Assembly (NCBI GenBank): GCA_963796105.1
Contig: CAWCKJ010000003.1
Span: 800,001-864,000, forward strand
DNA from: a candidate division FCPU426 bacterium
Lineage (GTDB): Bacteria > Oederibacteriota > Muellerivitia > Muellerivitales > Muellerivitaceae
Length of the DNA: 64,000 nt
Reading direction: 5' to 3'
Each line of letters opens with the position of its first letter. Positions within the stretch are counted from its first letter, which is position 1. Of this stretch, positions 47,732 through 57,336 are shown in pieces. Under the pieces are notes generated by a model, which had not been told where the DNA came from, ran no database searches, and saw only the letters and a program-made list of their open reading frames with translations. Both the position numbers and the translations under genes were made by a program.

Positions 47732-48493
47732 TCAATAAATGTTCCACCGGCTCGGATTAGTTAATACCATTTCGGCCGAAACAGCCTGCAACTCCCTTGC
47801 GGTTCCCCTGGATACGCCTTCCGGATAATCCAAACCCTCTGGGCTTTTTTGGAATATTACCGAATAAAAAACACAAGCCGCCAGATATGTCCCCGCTAAG
47901 GTAGGATGGCTTCCATCTCCCTGCCATAACTGTAAATCCGGGTCTTTCTGTATAGCTTTTTTCCAAGCCTCACCCACGGGCGCTATTCTCAGATGGAGTT
48001 CATTGGCAATACCCATATAACCCGTTGTCAGTTGGGCCTGCATGGAACTGAAGTCGTTGAATCCAACCTCGGTCATGCCTTTTTGCCTGCCCCAGGTCAT
48101 GTAAAGGACCGGCTCCGCGCCCGCTTGCTTGATTTTATCGGCTAATGACCTGACGGCGGGATACATTCCCTGCTCCCTCTCTCGTTCCAAGGAAGGAATG
48201 ATGCTTTGTTCCTGCATAACAACGACATCCCATTTTTTCCCGTTAATCTTATCAATCGTGTCCTTTGAATCGGAATGCTGGGCCAAGGTCCAGCCGCCCC
48301 GTGCAATCATGTCCGTAAAAACCCGCCTGTGGCCGGACCGGGCCAAATCCGACAGTACTTTGGGAAGATTGTTCACGAATGTATAGCTATTGCCAATAAA
48401 CAACAGGGTCACCGGCGGGCTAATCATTTCTTCTTCGCCGCATCCGGCTTGAAAAATAGTTAGGCAGATTAATAATAGAATTTTCTTAATCAA
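47732..48493 (-). CDS. SGNH/GDSL-type hydrolase lipoprotein (DUF4886-like)
   Basis: Lipobox QAGC; LFIGNSYT, WDVVVMQEQS, DGSHPTLAGTY. Confidence 0.85.
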   Translation of the reverse strand: MIKKILLLICLTIFQAGCGEEEMISPPVTLLFIGNSYTFVNNLPKVLSDLARSGHRRVFTDMIARGGWTLAQHSDSKDTIDKINGKKWDVVVMQEQSIIPSLEREREQGMYPAVRSLADKIKQAGAEPVLYMTWGRQKGMTEVGFNDFSSMQAQLTTGYMGIANELHLRIAPVGEAWKKAIQKDPDLQLWQGDGSHPTLAGTYLAACVFYSVIFQKSPEGLDYPEGVSRGTARELQAVSAEMVLTNPSRWNIY

Positions 48494-48653
48494 GCCCTCG
48501 CCTCCAAAATGGTCATGCTTAGATGGACAAAGTTAACCTGCGCTAAAAATATCGGGTTAATAGGGCAACAAATCATAAAGCCGAAATTGTAAGCACCTGA
48601 AAATGAATTTCAGAAGATTAAATTCAAGCGAAATTAAAATTTTCTAGTCTTTT

Positions 48654-48833
48654 AACCGAACCAAATCCAAATATTCGACAACGAAATGGCATTCTGGGGC
48701 CAGTAGGGGAATTAGGGACCAAAGAAGGCCAACTCAACCGTCCCACGGCAGTGGCTTTCGGCCCATCCAGAAACGCGTTCGTGGTGGACGCTGAAAATCA
48801 CCGGATCCAGAAATTCCGGTTGATAAATCCATA
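48654..48833 (+). pseudogene. Degenerate NHL-repeat gene remnant
   Basis: Translates ..IQIFDNE..WGQ* and then GTKEGQLNRPTAVAFGPSRNAFVVDAENHRIQKF; stops and frameshift upstream, no start. Confidence 0.6.
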
Positions 48834-49021
48834 GCTGCACTTACCACTTTTTACATTTTCACGGTTTTTAAGCGCTTTTACACGGTGAATTACCATCAAT
48901 TCGTTTCCAGCAGAAACTGAGTTTAGTGAAAAAAGGGGAAAGAGAGTATAATTTATCTCGCAATACTCGAAAGAGCAGTCGGAATGGGTCATCCGTAAAA
49001 TTTCGGGTCGGGTGGTGTTCA

Positions 49022-49477
49022 ATGTTTCGTTTGAAAAGCAAGGGTTTTACTTTGATTGAGTTGATGATCGTCGTGGCGATCATAGGAGTATTGGCTTCCA
49101 TCGCCATCCCGCGATTCGCCCAGATGCTGGAAAAGGCCCGCGAGGGCTCTACGAAGGGCAACCTGGGAAGCCTCAAGGCCGCGGGGCAGGTCTATTACAG
49201 CGACGCCCAAGGTGTTTGGCCGACCACCTTACAGAGTTCCCCGGCCTATTCCTTTAGTAAATACTTGGACGATATCTCTCCCGTGAAAGTGACGGGATCT
49301 TTCGTGATAGGAGCCTCAAGCCCCGCCGGCGCCATCGTCTCCATGACGACAATGACTTCCGTTCCATCCGGAGCCAATGCGGGATGGCTCTACGACTCCA
49401 CGATGGGCAATGTCTACGTCAACAGCACCGTCCAGGATTCCAAACAGCTTCCCTATTCATTTTATGGGTTTGAATAA
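49022..49477 (+). CDS. Type IV pilin / type II secretion pseudopilin
   Basis: KGFTLIELMIVVAIIGVLASIAIP prepilin cleavage and methylation motif. Confidence 0.88.
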   Translation: MFRLKSKGFTLIELMIVVAIIGVLASIAIPRFAQMLEKAREGSTKGNLGSLKAAGQVYYSDAQGVWPTTLQSSPAYSFSKYLDDISPVKVTGSFVIGASSPAGAIVSMTTMTSVPSGANAGWLYDSTMGNVYVNSTVQDSKQLPYSFYGFE

Positions 49478-49575
49478 TTTATCTGGAATTTTTCAAAGAG
49501 ATTCTTCCGCACATCCTTCCACGTTCCTCGAGAAATCAATTTTCCAAATCATGTCTTTTTTATCATCTTTTAAGA

Positions 49576-50607
49576 TCAACGCGCTGGAGGCACCTTGAAT
49601 AGGGCCGCTGTGGTTCCCCTTGAAATCATTAAAACATTGTCTGAATTGACGGCAATGCCCCTTACTCCCCGGAACGGATCTCCCGACCCCTTCTCGTCCG
49701 TCAAATCTCCCGCATAATTCCCATTAGGGTCATAAACTTTTACGCAGCTTTCATTGCCTCCAAGGGCCAGATATACCCGGCCGGCTTTGTCGACGCAGAC
49801 GGCATTGGGATTATCATAACACTTGATTAATTTCTTCACATTCCCATCCAGATCCATCCACTGGAGGCGTTTGTTCCCGCAGTCAGAGATGAAATAGTTG
49901 CCTTTTCCATCGGAAGCGATGTCCGATGGGCTCTCGAATTTTCCAGGTCCTTTCCCGCTCGATCCCAGGATTTTCACCAAAGTCCCTTCTTTAGAAACCA
50001 GCACGACTCTGTGGCTTCCGGTGTCAGCGACAGCGAATTGGCGCCCGTCAAAAGCCACCCCTCTCGGGCCGTAAAAGCCGCCGACGCGATCCAAGTCCAC
50101 ATCAAGAATTTGCCTGCCGTTTTCGTCAAATCCCTTGATAGCGGCGCCCCAGCTATCAATCACATATATGTTACCGTTGGAATCCGAGCTCATTCCTGAA
50201 GGCTCGACGAATTCCATCGGTCCTTTCTTTTTCGCGGCCTTGCCGACGGATCGCAGGAAATTTCCCTTAAAGTCGAAAAATAGCAACCGGCCGTTTTGCT
50301 GGTCGCAAAGGACGAACCAATTCTGGCCTGCAACAGGCGCAATACCCCAGGCGTTAAAAAAGCCGGAGGGATTATTGTCGCCCGACACGGTCAGAATATG
50401 CTCGACCTTGAAGGGTTTACCCGAGTCCCCGCGGAAGAGATTAAAGGCCTTATAGACCAGGAAAATTAAAATAGCGGCTATCAGGAATTTTACCAGGTTC
50501 GAGCCCCCGCCCGCGGGGGAAGCCGCTGGAGGAGCCGCCATTGGAACCGGCTCATAGCTCGTACGGACCGCTGATTTTTTTCGGACCACTTTCTTTCTGG
50601 ACGCCAT
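49576..50607 (-). CDS. Membrane-anchored NHL-repeat beta-propeller protein
   Basis: One TM helix; FYGPRGVAFD, ADTGSHRV, FESPSDIASD..SDCGNKRLQ. Confidence 0.85.
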   Translation of the reverse strand: MASRKKVVRKKSAVRTSYEPVPMAAPPAASPAGGGSNLVKFLIAAILIFLVYKAFNLFRGDSGKPFKVEHILTVSGDNNPSGFFNAWGIAPVAGQNWFVLCDQQNGRLLFFDFKGNFLRSVGKAAKKKGPMEFVEPSGMSSDSNGNIYVIDSWGAAIKGFDENGRQILDVDLDRVGGFYGPRGVAFDGRQFAVADTGSHRVVLVSKEGTLVKILGSSGKGPGKFESPSDIASDGKGNYFISDCGNKRLQWMDLDGNVKKLIKCYDNPNAVCVDKAGRVYLALGGNESCVKVYDPNGNYAGDLTDEKGSGDPFRGVRGIAVNSDNVLMISRGTTAALFKVPPAR

Positions 50608-50811
50608 AATTCCTCCCTGCATGATGTGGATCGCCTTCTAATGAAAAACCATATTAAGTTTAGAAAAGCATCCTGCCAACCCCCAAGTATTCCACAAGGG
50701 ATCGATAAGCCTTCCTTGAATCTTTCCGACCCCTATTATGCCTCATTCCACACCCAATTTGTTCAAGATCGCCATAAAAGATTATAGCCATGAAACAATG
50801 TTTTGAAAGAC

Positions 50812-51300
50812 TCACTTCCAGGGTTTTAACCCTAGAGTTCGTTCCAGGAATTTCAAAATCTGAGTTTTAACGGAACCCTGCAAGGAATAGCCCGCTCGGT
50901 TCCATAACATTCCAATAGGCAAGATGATTAGGGAAAAAACAATAATCCCGATGGTCTCAATCAAGTGTGGCAGATAATAGGAAAGCACAACCAGGAAAAA
51001 TAAGAAAAAAGACACGATAATCAGGGCCTCAAAGAGAGCACCAGGCGCATAGCCAAAATAACCCTCGATCCTCGAGCCTTTTCCCTGGGACTTGATCGTC
51101 CCATAAAAGTTTGGGATGCCTGGAATCGAAATAAGCCTGTTTCGGCGGCGGATGTACAATCGAAAGCCCTTCTCATCGAAAGTGCATTTCATAGCCGGGT
51201 CTTTGCTTTCCATAATTTTTTCAAGGCACGCTTCCGGGGAGAGATCGGTTTCAAAAAAGGCCTTTTCCTTGAAGCCAATAATGTTTTGAATCAAATCCAC
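50812..51300 (-). CDS. Hypothetical two-TM membrane protein
   Basis: GGAG RBS; FYGTI..GSRIEGYF followed by two TM helices. Confidence 0.65.
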   Translation of the reverse strand: MDLIQNIIGFKEKAFFETDLSPEACLEKIMESKDPAMKCTFDEKGFRLYIRRRNRLISIPGIPNFYGTIKSQGKGSRIEGYFGYAPGALFEALIIVSFFLFFLVVLSYYLPHLIETIGIIVFSLIILPIGMLWNRAGYSLQGSVKTQILKFLERTLGLKPWK

Positions 51301-51371
51301 GGTTATTCTCCAAAACGATGGGATTTTATTGTTTATTTAAAAAGCAAAGATCCGCACCGGAATGGGACCTA

Positions 51372-52781
51372 TCATTCGGATTTCGGATGGTTTAAAAGTC
51401 GTATGGCTTTCTGGGCGTAGGAGTCCCCCTGGGTGGCGGCTTTCTCGTACCAGACCAAGGCCTCTTTATTGCTCTGGACCACGCCCCTGCCGTTCTCATA
51501 GAGGACCCCGATGTTGTATTGGGCCGGGGCCGCCCCTTGCGCTGCGGCCTTCTGATACCACTTCATCGCCTCCTGGTAATCCTGGTTCACTCCACGGCCG
51601 TTGTCATAAAGGACTCCAATATTGAATTGAGCGGGCGCGTTCCCCTGAACGGCGGCCTTCTGGTACCACCTCATGGCCTCCTGGTAATCCCTCGGGACCC
51701 CCCGGCCGTTGTCATAGAGTATGCCAATATTGTACTCAGCCAGGGCGTTTCCCTGCGCCGCGGATTTTTGGTACCACCTCATGGCTTCCTGGTAATCCTG
51801 CGGAACCCCCCGGCCCTTATCGTAAAGGAATCCGATGCTGGCCTGGGCGGTCGTGTTTCCCTGGGCGGCGGCTTTTTGGTACCATTTCATGGCTTCCTGG
51901 TAATCCTGGGGAACTCCAAGTCCCTTGTCATAAAGGTAGCCGATCCCTGCCTCGGCGCCCGCGCTCCCTTGGGCCGCGGCTTTTTGATACCACTTCATGG
52001 CCTCGGTATAATCCGGGGCCACTCCCCTTCCCTTGTCGTAGAGGACCCCGATGTTGTTCTGGGCGTCGGCCAGCCCTTGTGCGGCGGCTTTCTGGTACCA
52101 CTTCATCGCCTCCTGGTAATCCTGCGCAACACCCCGCCCCTTGTCATAGAGAATGCCGATGCAGTTTTGGGCCTCGGCCGAACCCTGCGCGGCGGCTTTC
52201 TGGTACCACTTCATCGCCTCCTGGTAATCCTGGGGAACCCCCTGCCCAGTATCGCTGAGCACGCCGACTTTATACTCTGCTCCCGGGTTTCCCTGCGCCG
52301 CCGCCTTCTGGTACCACTTGATGGCTTCCTGGTAATTCTGGGGAATTCCACGGCCCGTCTCGTAGAGTAGGCCGATGCTGTACTCGGAATCAGCTTGTCC
52401 CTGCGAGGCGGCCTTCTGGTACCACTTAAGGGCTTCCAGGTAATCCTGTGGGACTCCCTGCCCATTCTCGTATAAGAGGCCGATTTTGTAATCAGCGGCA
52501 GGACAACCCTTCTCGGAGGCTTTTTTGTACCACTTCATGGCCTGGACATAATCCCCCGCGGTGGCTGAGTCCGAACCACTCTTAATCCACTCGGTCACGG
52601 CGTTCGGATTGCGCATGAAAATGAAATCCATTCCGGATTTCAGCCAATCGGAAAGCGCGTCCAGGTTGCCCCCGTAATAGACGTAGGCCCCGAGCCAGAT
52701 GATCCCCCCGAAAAACAAAGTCAAGAACGCGCGGAATAAGAACTTGCCCATCGTTGTTTCCTTTGATTTAGATTTCCTCAT
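51372..52781 (-). CDS. Sel1-repeat protein (~11 repeats), N-terminal TM anchor
   Basis: 36-aa repeats AQxxIGxLYDxGRGVPQDYQEAMKWYQKAAAQG. Confidence 0.93.
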   Translation of the reverse strand: MRKSKSKETTMGKFLFRAFLTLFFGGIIWLGAYVYYGGNLDALSDWLKSGMDFIFMRNPNAVTEWIKSGSDSATAGDYVQAMKWYKKASEKGCPAADYKIGLLYENGQGVPQDYLEALKWYQKAASQGQADSEYSIGLLYETGRGIPQNYQEAIKWYQKAAAQGNPGAEYKVGVLSDTGQGVPQDYQEAMKWYQKAAAQGSAEAQNCIGILYDKGRGVAQDYQEAMKWYQKAAAQGLADAQNNIGVLYDKGRGVAPDYTEAMKWYQKAAAQGSAGAEAGIGYLYDKGLGVPQDYQEAMKWYQKAAAQGNTTAQASIGFLYDKGRGVPQDYQEAMRWYQKSAAQGNALAEYNIGILYDNGRGVPRDYQEAMRWYQKAAVQGNAPAQFNIGVLYDNGRGVNQDYQEAMKWYQKAAAQGAAPAQYNIGVLYENGRGVVQSNKEALVWYEKAATQGDSYAQKAIRLLNHPKSE

Positions 52782-53323
52782 AACCAGATTTCAAGCCGCA
52801 AAACGAGTTGATGCTTCATTGTGAACAGGTCGCGGATGAAATTTCGTTCAAATATAATAAACAAGGAATCGAAATCTAGCCCGAAAATGAGGATGGAAAC
52901 CCCCAAGTACCCCTAAAACATATCAAATTCCACGGGTTTTTGTTGATTATAGAAATTTGGCATGAAAGGCGGGGGAAAAACATGACCAAAGGTTGCATAA
53001 AACCATGACCTGTGGTCTGAGAGTCAAAATGCACTTAGACAAACGCCAGCTTTACGCCCTAGTTCAGGTAACCCTCAAAACCCGTTACAATAAGGTAGTC
53101 TCGTCAGCCGAATGGAAAAAACCCCGGGGATAGACAAGTAAGTTTCTTCACTACTGCCGCCCGATGTTTCCTAGCCCAATTGGATCATGGTTGTCCCCCG
53201 AAACACTATGAATATTGCTTAAACAAATGAGACGAGAAGGATTTTCGGGATTACCGCGCGTGATGCCTAAGCGTTTAAAACCTTGTCGGGGCAGTTTCCA
53301 ATTAGGTCAACCAATAACCGGGT

Positions 53324-54616
53324 TCAGGGTCCGAAGACCTTGATGCAATTGTTATCCGCGATATACACGTTCCCTGACGAGCTCAGGCAGAAATAATCGA
53401 TGTTTCCCAGCGCGTTAGTGCCTGTCGTTCCCCACTGGCAAAGGAAATTACCGAACAGATTAAAATCCTCCATCCGTTTGTTGCCATAATCCGATACATA
53501 ACAAATTCCGCTCTTGTCCACCCGGACGCCGCAGGAACAGAGACCGAATTGTCCTGGGTTGGTCCCTTGGCTTCCGATCTTGCACTCGTAGGTCCCGGTG
53601 TTCGTGTATTTATAAACGCAAAAGTTGTTGTAATCCGGCGTGTAAACATTGCCCCAGAAATCACAGGTGATGCCGTCCGGATCGCTTGGGTTGGTGTCCC
53701 AGGAGCCGTTGGTCGACCAGCCCAGGATGTAATTGCCGTTATTGTCGAAACTTTGGACCCTTTGGTTAATAGCCTCTACCACGTAAATGTGGTCGTTCGG
53801 ATCGCAGGCCAAACCTCTCACCCCCTCGAATTGGCTTTGGCCCGTTCCCGCCGAACCCCATTGGGTTATAAAAACTCCCGTGTTAGAAAATTTTTGAACA
53901 TTATCGTTTCCGTCATCGACAATGAAAATGTTATTAGAAGAATCGGAGCATATGCCGTTTAAGGCGTTAAATTGCCCATTGCCGCTGCCCAAAGTGCCCC
54001 ATTAGGAAAGGTATTGCCCGTTGCTGTTGAATTTTTGGATTCGGTGGTTGGACCTGTCCGCGACGAAAATATTGCCGTTGGAATCCTCAATCACTCCATA
54101 TATGGCGTTAAATTGGCCGGCCCCGCTACCCGCGGAACCCCATTTGAATTTAAAGGTCAATGGTTGGGCCGATGTGACGACTGGACAGGTTGGGGTGGCT
54201 GTTGAAGTGACCGTTGCAGTATGGGTATTAGTGGAAGTCCATGTGAATGTGGAAGAGTTGGTTGGGGTTGATGTGGGCGTTGAGGTATCAGTGTCAGTGG
54301 TGGTAAAGGTATAGGTAAGCGTGAAAGTGCAGGTGGGGGTTGGGGTATCTGTCAGCGTAGCGGTGAAGGTATGAGACGGAGTGAATGAGTTTGTGGCGGA
54401 GAAAGTGAAAATGGGGGTAAAAGTGGCTGAAGGTGTTGGGGTGAGGATCGCAGTTGGCGTATTGACCAATGTTGGGGTGTAAGTTCCGGAATAGGTAAAA
54501 GTGGGTGTAATGTGGCAACTGGTAGGAGGCGGTGTCGGGCCGCTCACAAAGGTAGATCGGGTGCAGGCGCCTACCATAAAACCAAAACCCAAGGCCAAAT
54601 AGATGATCTTTTTCAT
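53324..54616 (-). pseudogene. Thr/Pro-linker NHL-repeat lipoprotein interrupted by an in-frame TAA (54002-54004)
   Basis: ORFs 54002-54616 and 53324-53992 are in the same frame; junction reads GQYLS*WGTLGSGNGQF where sister repeats read QWG; lipobox VGAC; AGGAGG RBS. Confidence 0.85.
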
Positions 54617-54940
54617 ATATTTCCTCCTGGAAAACCCAATGTAAACAAGTCGCGTTGGGTGTCATATTTGAAGGTGCTCATACCCTATAGAGTCCCCATC
54701 CCTGAAAATAATCCAAAAAAAATGAAATTTTTCAGAATCAGGCTTAATTGAAGGGGTATTCAGAATGAAGAAGCTCGGCCTAGCTGGAAGGTCTTATTTA
54801 TCGAGGGAAAAACGGGGGAAGGACCGGCTTACGGTTAATGTTTCGATATGCTGGAAATGGCCGAAGATGACAACGCCTTCACCGTAAGATTTTCAGACTT
54901 TGAAACCCCGCCACAATTCAAAATTTTGAATTTTCTGGAG

Positions 54941-55717
54941 CTATGGGTTCCTCGCGCATCGGCACCCGAAGGCTGGGTTCCTCACGTCCGCCGTGCTCCA
55001 ATTGCGGTTCGCGGCCCTCAGCATTCCCGAACCGTTGCCCCAGGAGCCGCCCCTGAGGACCTTGTATTTGCCTTGGTCCGGACCCTTGGGATTTTTCTTG
55101 GGGCTCTTGAAGTAATATTCCTCGCCGTACCAATCCGCGCACCATTCCCAGAGATTTCCCAGCATGTCGTAAAGCCCGTAAGGGTTCCAGGTCTTCAAGG
55201 CCACAGGGTGGGCCTGGTTGCCGGAATCGTCCGAATCCCAGGCGTATTGTTCCAAGCCGGCCGGACTGTCGCCCCAGAAGTAAACCGTTTTCGTTCCACC
55301 CCGCGAAGCCCTTTCCCATTCCGCCTCGGTGGGAAGCCTCTTTCCATCCCATGAGCAAAAGGCGCTCGCGTCGTTCCAATTGATATGATGAACCGGCATG
55401 TTGTCCCGTCCCCAGCCGTCATCAGCCGGCATTTCCCACCCTGTCTCTTTGCAGAACTTGTCGAATTGGGCGTAGGTCACCAGCGTTTGGTCGATATAAA
55501 AGGCGTCCACCCAGACCTTGTGCCTGGGCTTTTCCCCGATTCCGCCTTCCCCCTTGGACGATCCCATATAGAAATATCCGGCAGGGATCAAGATCATCTT
55601 GATCCCGTCCTTGTTCATGATTCCCTTCATCACTAGGTCTTTGGCTGACGCGTTCTCCACTGCACATAAAAATATTAAGGCGACTAGAATGAAAAAAAGT
55701 GTGTTTTTGAGCTTCAT
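54941..55717 (-). CDS. Formylglycine-generating-enzyme family (SUMF1/EgtB/PvdO) exported protein
   Basis: IPAGYFYMGS, RLPTEAEWERA, NPYGLYDMLGNLWEWCAD, VLRGGSW. Confidence 0.9.
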   Translation of the reverse strand: MKLKNTLFFILVALIFLCAVENASAKDLVMKGIMNKDGIKMILIPAGYFYMGSSKGEGGIGEKPRHKVWVDAFYIDQTLVTYAQFDKFCKETGWEMPADDGWGRDNMPVHHINWNDASAFCSWDGKRLPTEAEWERASRGGTKTVYFWGDSPAGLEQYAWDSDDSGNQAHPVALKTWNPYGLYDMLGNLWEWCADWYGEEYYFKSPKKNPKGPDQGKYKVLRGGSWGNGSGMLRAANRNWSTADVRNPAFGCRCARNP

Positions 55718-56047
55718 GCCTGCTCCTGTAGTAGGGATCCTCAAGAGAATATGCAATTGTCTAATGGGATTTTACCAGTTTCTAACAGACTTTTATTAAT
55801 TGTGTTTTCAGTCTCTTATGTCCCGGACGGTAAAAACAAATACTAAGACCCCTACCCTAGCGAGGTTTAGTCCCTTTCTCCGGACGAGACACATGATTAA
55901 AAAATCAAAAGGGTGGTTCTATTAAAGTTATCTTCGTCAAACAAACCTCCTTCCAAAAGCCAACAAAAACGGCCTTTTAAGCCCCTAAATTTTTGAAATA
56001 ACCCGGTTTTTTGCCGTCTATAGCATGAGTAATAATAATGCTACAGG

Positions 56048-56392
56048 TTGCCATGTTTTTCGAAACCCGCTTTCCTGGTCATGGACGCCGAGAAATCGGA
56101 ATTTAAGGATGGGGCTTTCGACATCGTGGCCGCCAGCATGGTCACCCATCACATGCCCCATTGGGAAAAGGCTTTTCAGGAAATGGTCCGTGTTTTGCGT
56201 CCCGGTGGATATTTGATCTATACCGACTTGATGCTCCCCTCCTGGCTCGCGGTCCTTAGGCGTTTACTTCCTTTTGTCGGGATACCCACGAAAAACCGGG
56301 TGGAATTTCTAGCCACCCAGGCCGGATTGACGAGCGTTTATCAGGCAAATAGGGGCCTTCAATCCGACTTCATCTGGGTAAGAAACAGGTAA
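56048..56392 (+). pseudogene. N-terminally truncated class I SAM methyltransferase
   Basis: DAEKSEFKDGAFDIV..HH..EMVRVLRPGG is present, but motif I (GxGxG) and a proper start are missing. Confidence 0.65.
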
Positions 56393-56512
56393 AAATATTG
56401 TTTATTATTCCGGCATAAAATTCTCAAAACCGGGACCCGGATTTACGAGGAATCATTTAACGAAAGATTCTGCTAAAATACAAACCATCTCTTTTCCCTC
56501 AGGGAGAACCGC

Positions 56513-56642
56513 GTGAAAAAGCTGAACCAAAGCGGACAAGGTTAAAACCAATACGGATTTAATTGAATATATCCTGGTGGCGCTCCTGGTCGTCGTCGGG
56601 GTGGTCACCTATTTCATTATTTTTCACCACAAGCCTTATTAA
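56513..56642 (+). pseudogene. Flp-type pilin gene interrupted by a 16-nt insertion
   Basis: GGGAG RBS, GTG-KKLNQSGQG, then taaaaccaatacggat, then LIEYILVALLVVVGVVTYFIIFHHKPY*. Confidence 0.65.
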
Positions 56643-56652
56643 GGGGGGCGCC

Positions 56653-56760
56653 ATGAAAAACATCAATTGGGAGAAGGTCACGGCTTATTTCTCGCTGGTT
56701 TTTATCACGGCAGTCGCGATATTTTGCATTTACAAAGTGCTCTCAAACTCGACCTTTTAA
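56653..56760 (+). CDS. 35-aa single-TM small protein
   Basis: AAGGGGGG RBS; MKNINWEKVTAYFSLVFITAVAIFCIYKVLSNSTF. Confidence 0.65.
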   Translation: MKNINWEKVTAYFSLVFITAVAIFCIYKVLSNSTF

Positions 56761-56784
56761 TCGGGGTTTCCAACGGAGGACAAA

Positions 56785-56892
56785 ATGAAAAAAATCAATT
56801 GGGAAAAAGTGGGCGTCATCATCCAGATTGTTTTAATCCTTTATGTCGTGGCCTTCGCCATCTATACCTTGATGCATCAAAAGGCTTATTAG
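56785..56892 (+). CDS. 35-aa single-TM small protein (paralog of the previous)
   Basis: GGAGGA RBS; MKKINWEKVGVIIQIVLILYVVAFAIYTLMHQKAY. Confidence 0.68.
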   Translation: MKKINWEKVGVIIQIVLILYVVAFAIYTLMHQKAY

Positions 56893-57058
56893 GACTTCTA
56901 AAAAAAATATTAATTTCACCACGGGTTCTTTCAGAACCACAAAGTTAATTTGGAAAAACATCAATATTTAAAGGCTTAAACTTATCGGCAACAACTTCTG
57001 TGCGGAGCATCACAGTTTTAAAACAATAATTTAATTAATCCAGACTTGTATATGGTTA

Positions 57059-57132
57059 GAAATTGTTTGAGTTTTAAATTGTGGTTTGATTTTCGCGACA
57101 TGAAAATCCACAGCAATTTAGGATTTAAAATT
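57059..57132 (+). repeat. Dispersed intergenic repeat copy A (hairpin gattttcgcgacatgaaaatc)
   Basis: Aligns with 59031-59114 and 62388-62483. Confidence 0.75.
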
Positions 57133-57336
57133 GCATATCCAGCTTCTTTTCAATTCCCTCTCGATCATTTCCATTTTCCAGGTAATCTCTTTGGCAAAAT
57201 ACGTCGGTATTTGTTTTGAAGATTTGGTTATGTATGCCCGATTTTTCCATCGTCGACTAAAAAACCCCACTTATTATGGAAGGAAGGATACAATCAAAAA
57301 TATATATTGATGATTAAACCGGAAAAGAAGGTAATC

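Noticed and set aside
51372..52600. Regularly spaced repeats as a CRISPR array
   Set aside because: They are in-frame 108-bp Sel1 coding repeats without unique spacers; no cas genes.
52790..53320. Long intergenic region as an ncRNA
   Set aside because: No recognisable RNA family motif or convincing extended structure by eye.
53999..54004. Stop-codon reassignment or selenocysteine/pyrrolysine
   Set aside because: The codon is TAA, a normal terminator for many genes here, and it is an isolated case.
54941..55717. FGE-sulfatase (CLec-fold) gene as a diversity-generating retroelement target
   Set aside because: No second copy of its 3' end differing at adenines, and no reverse transcriptase in the window.
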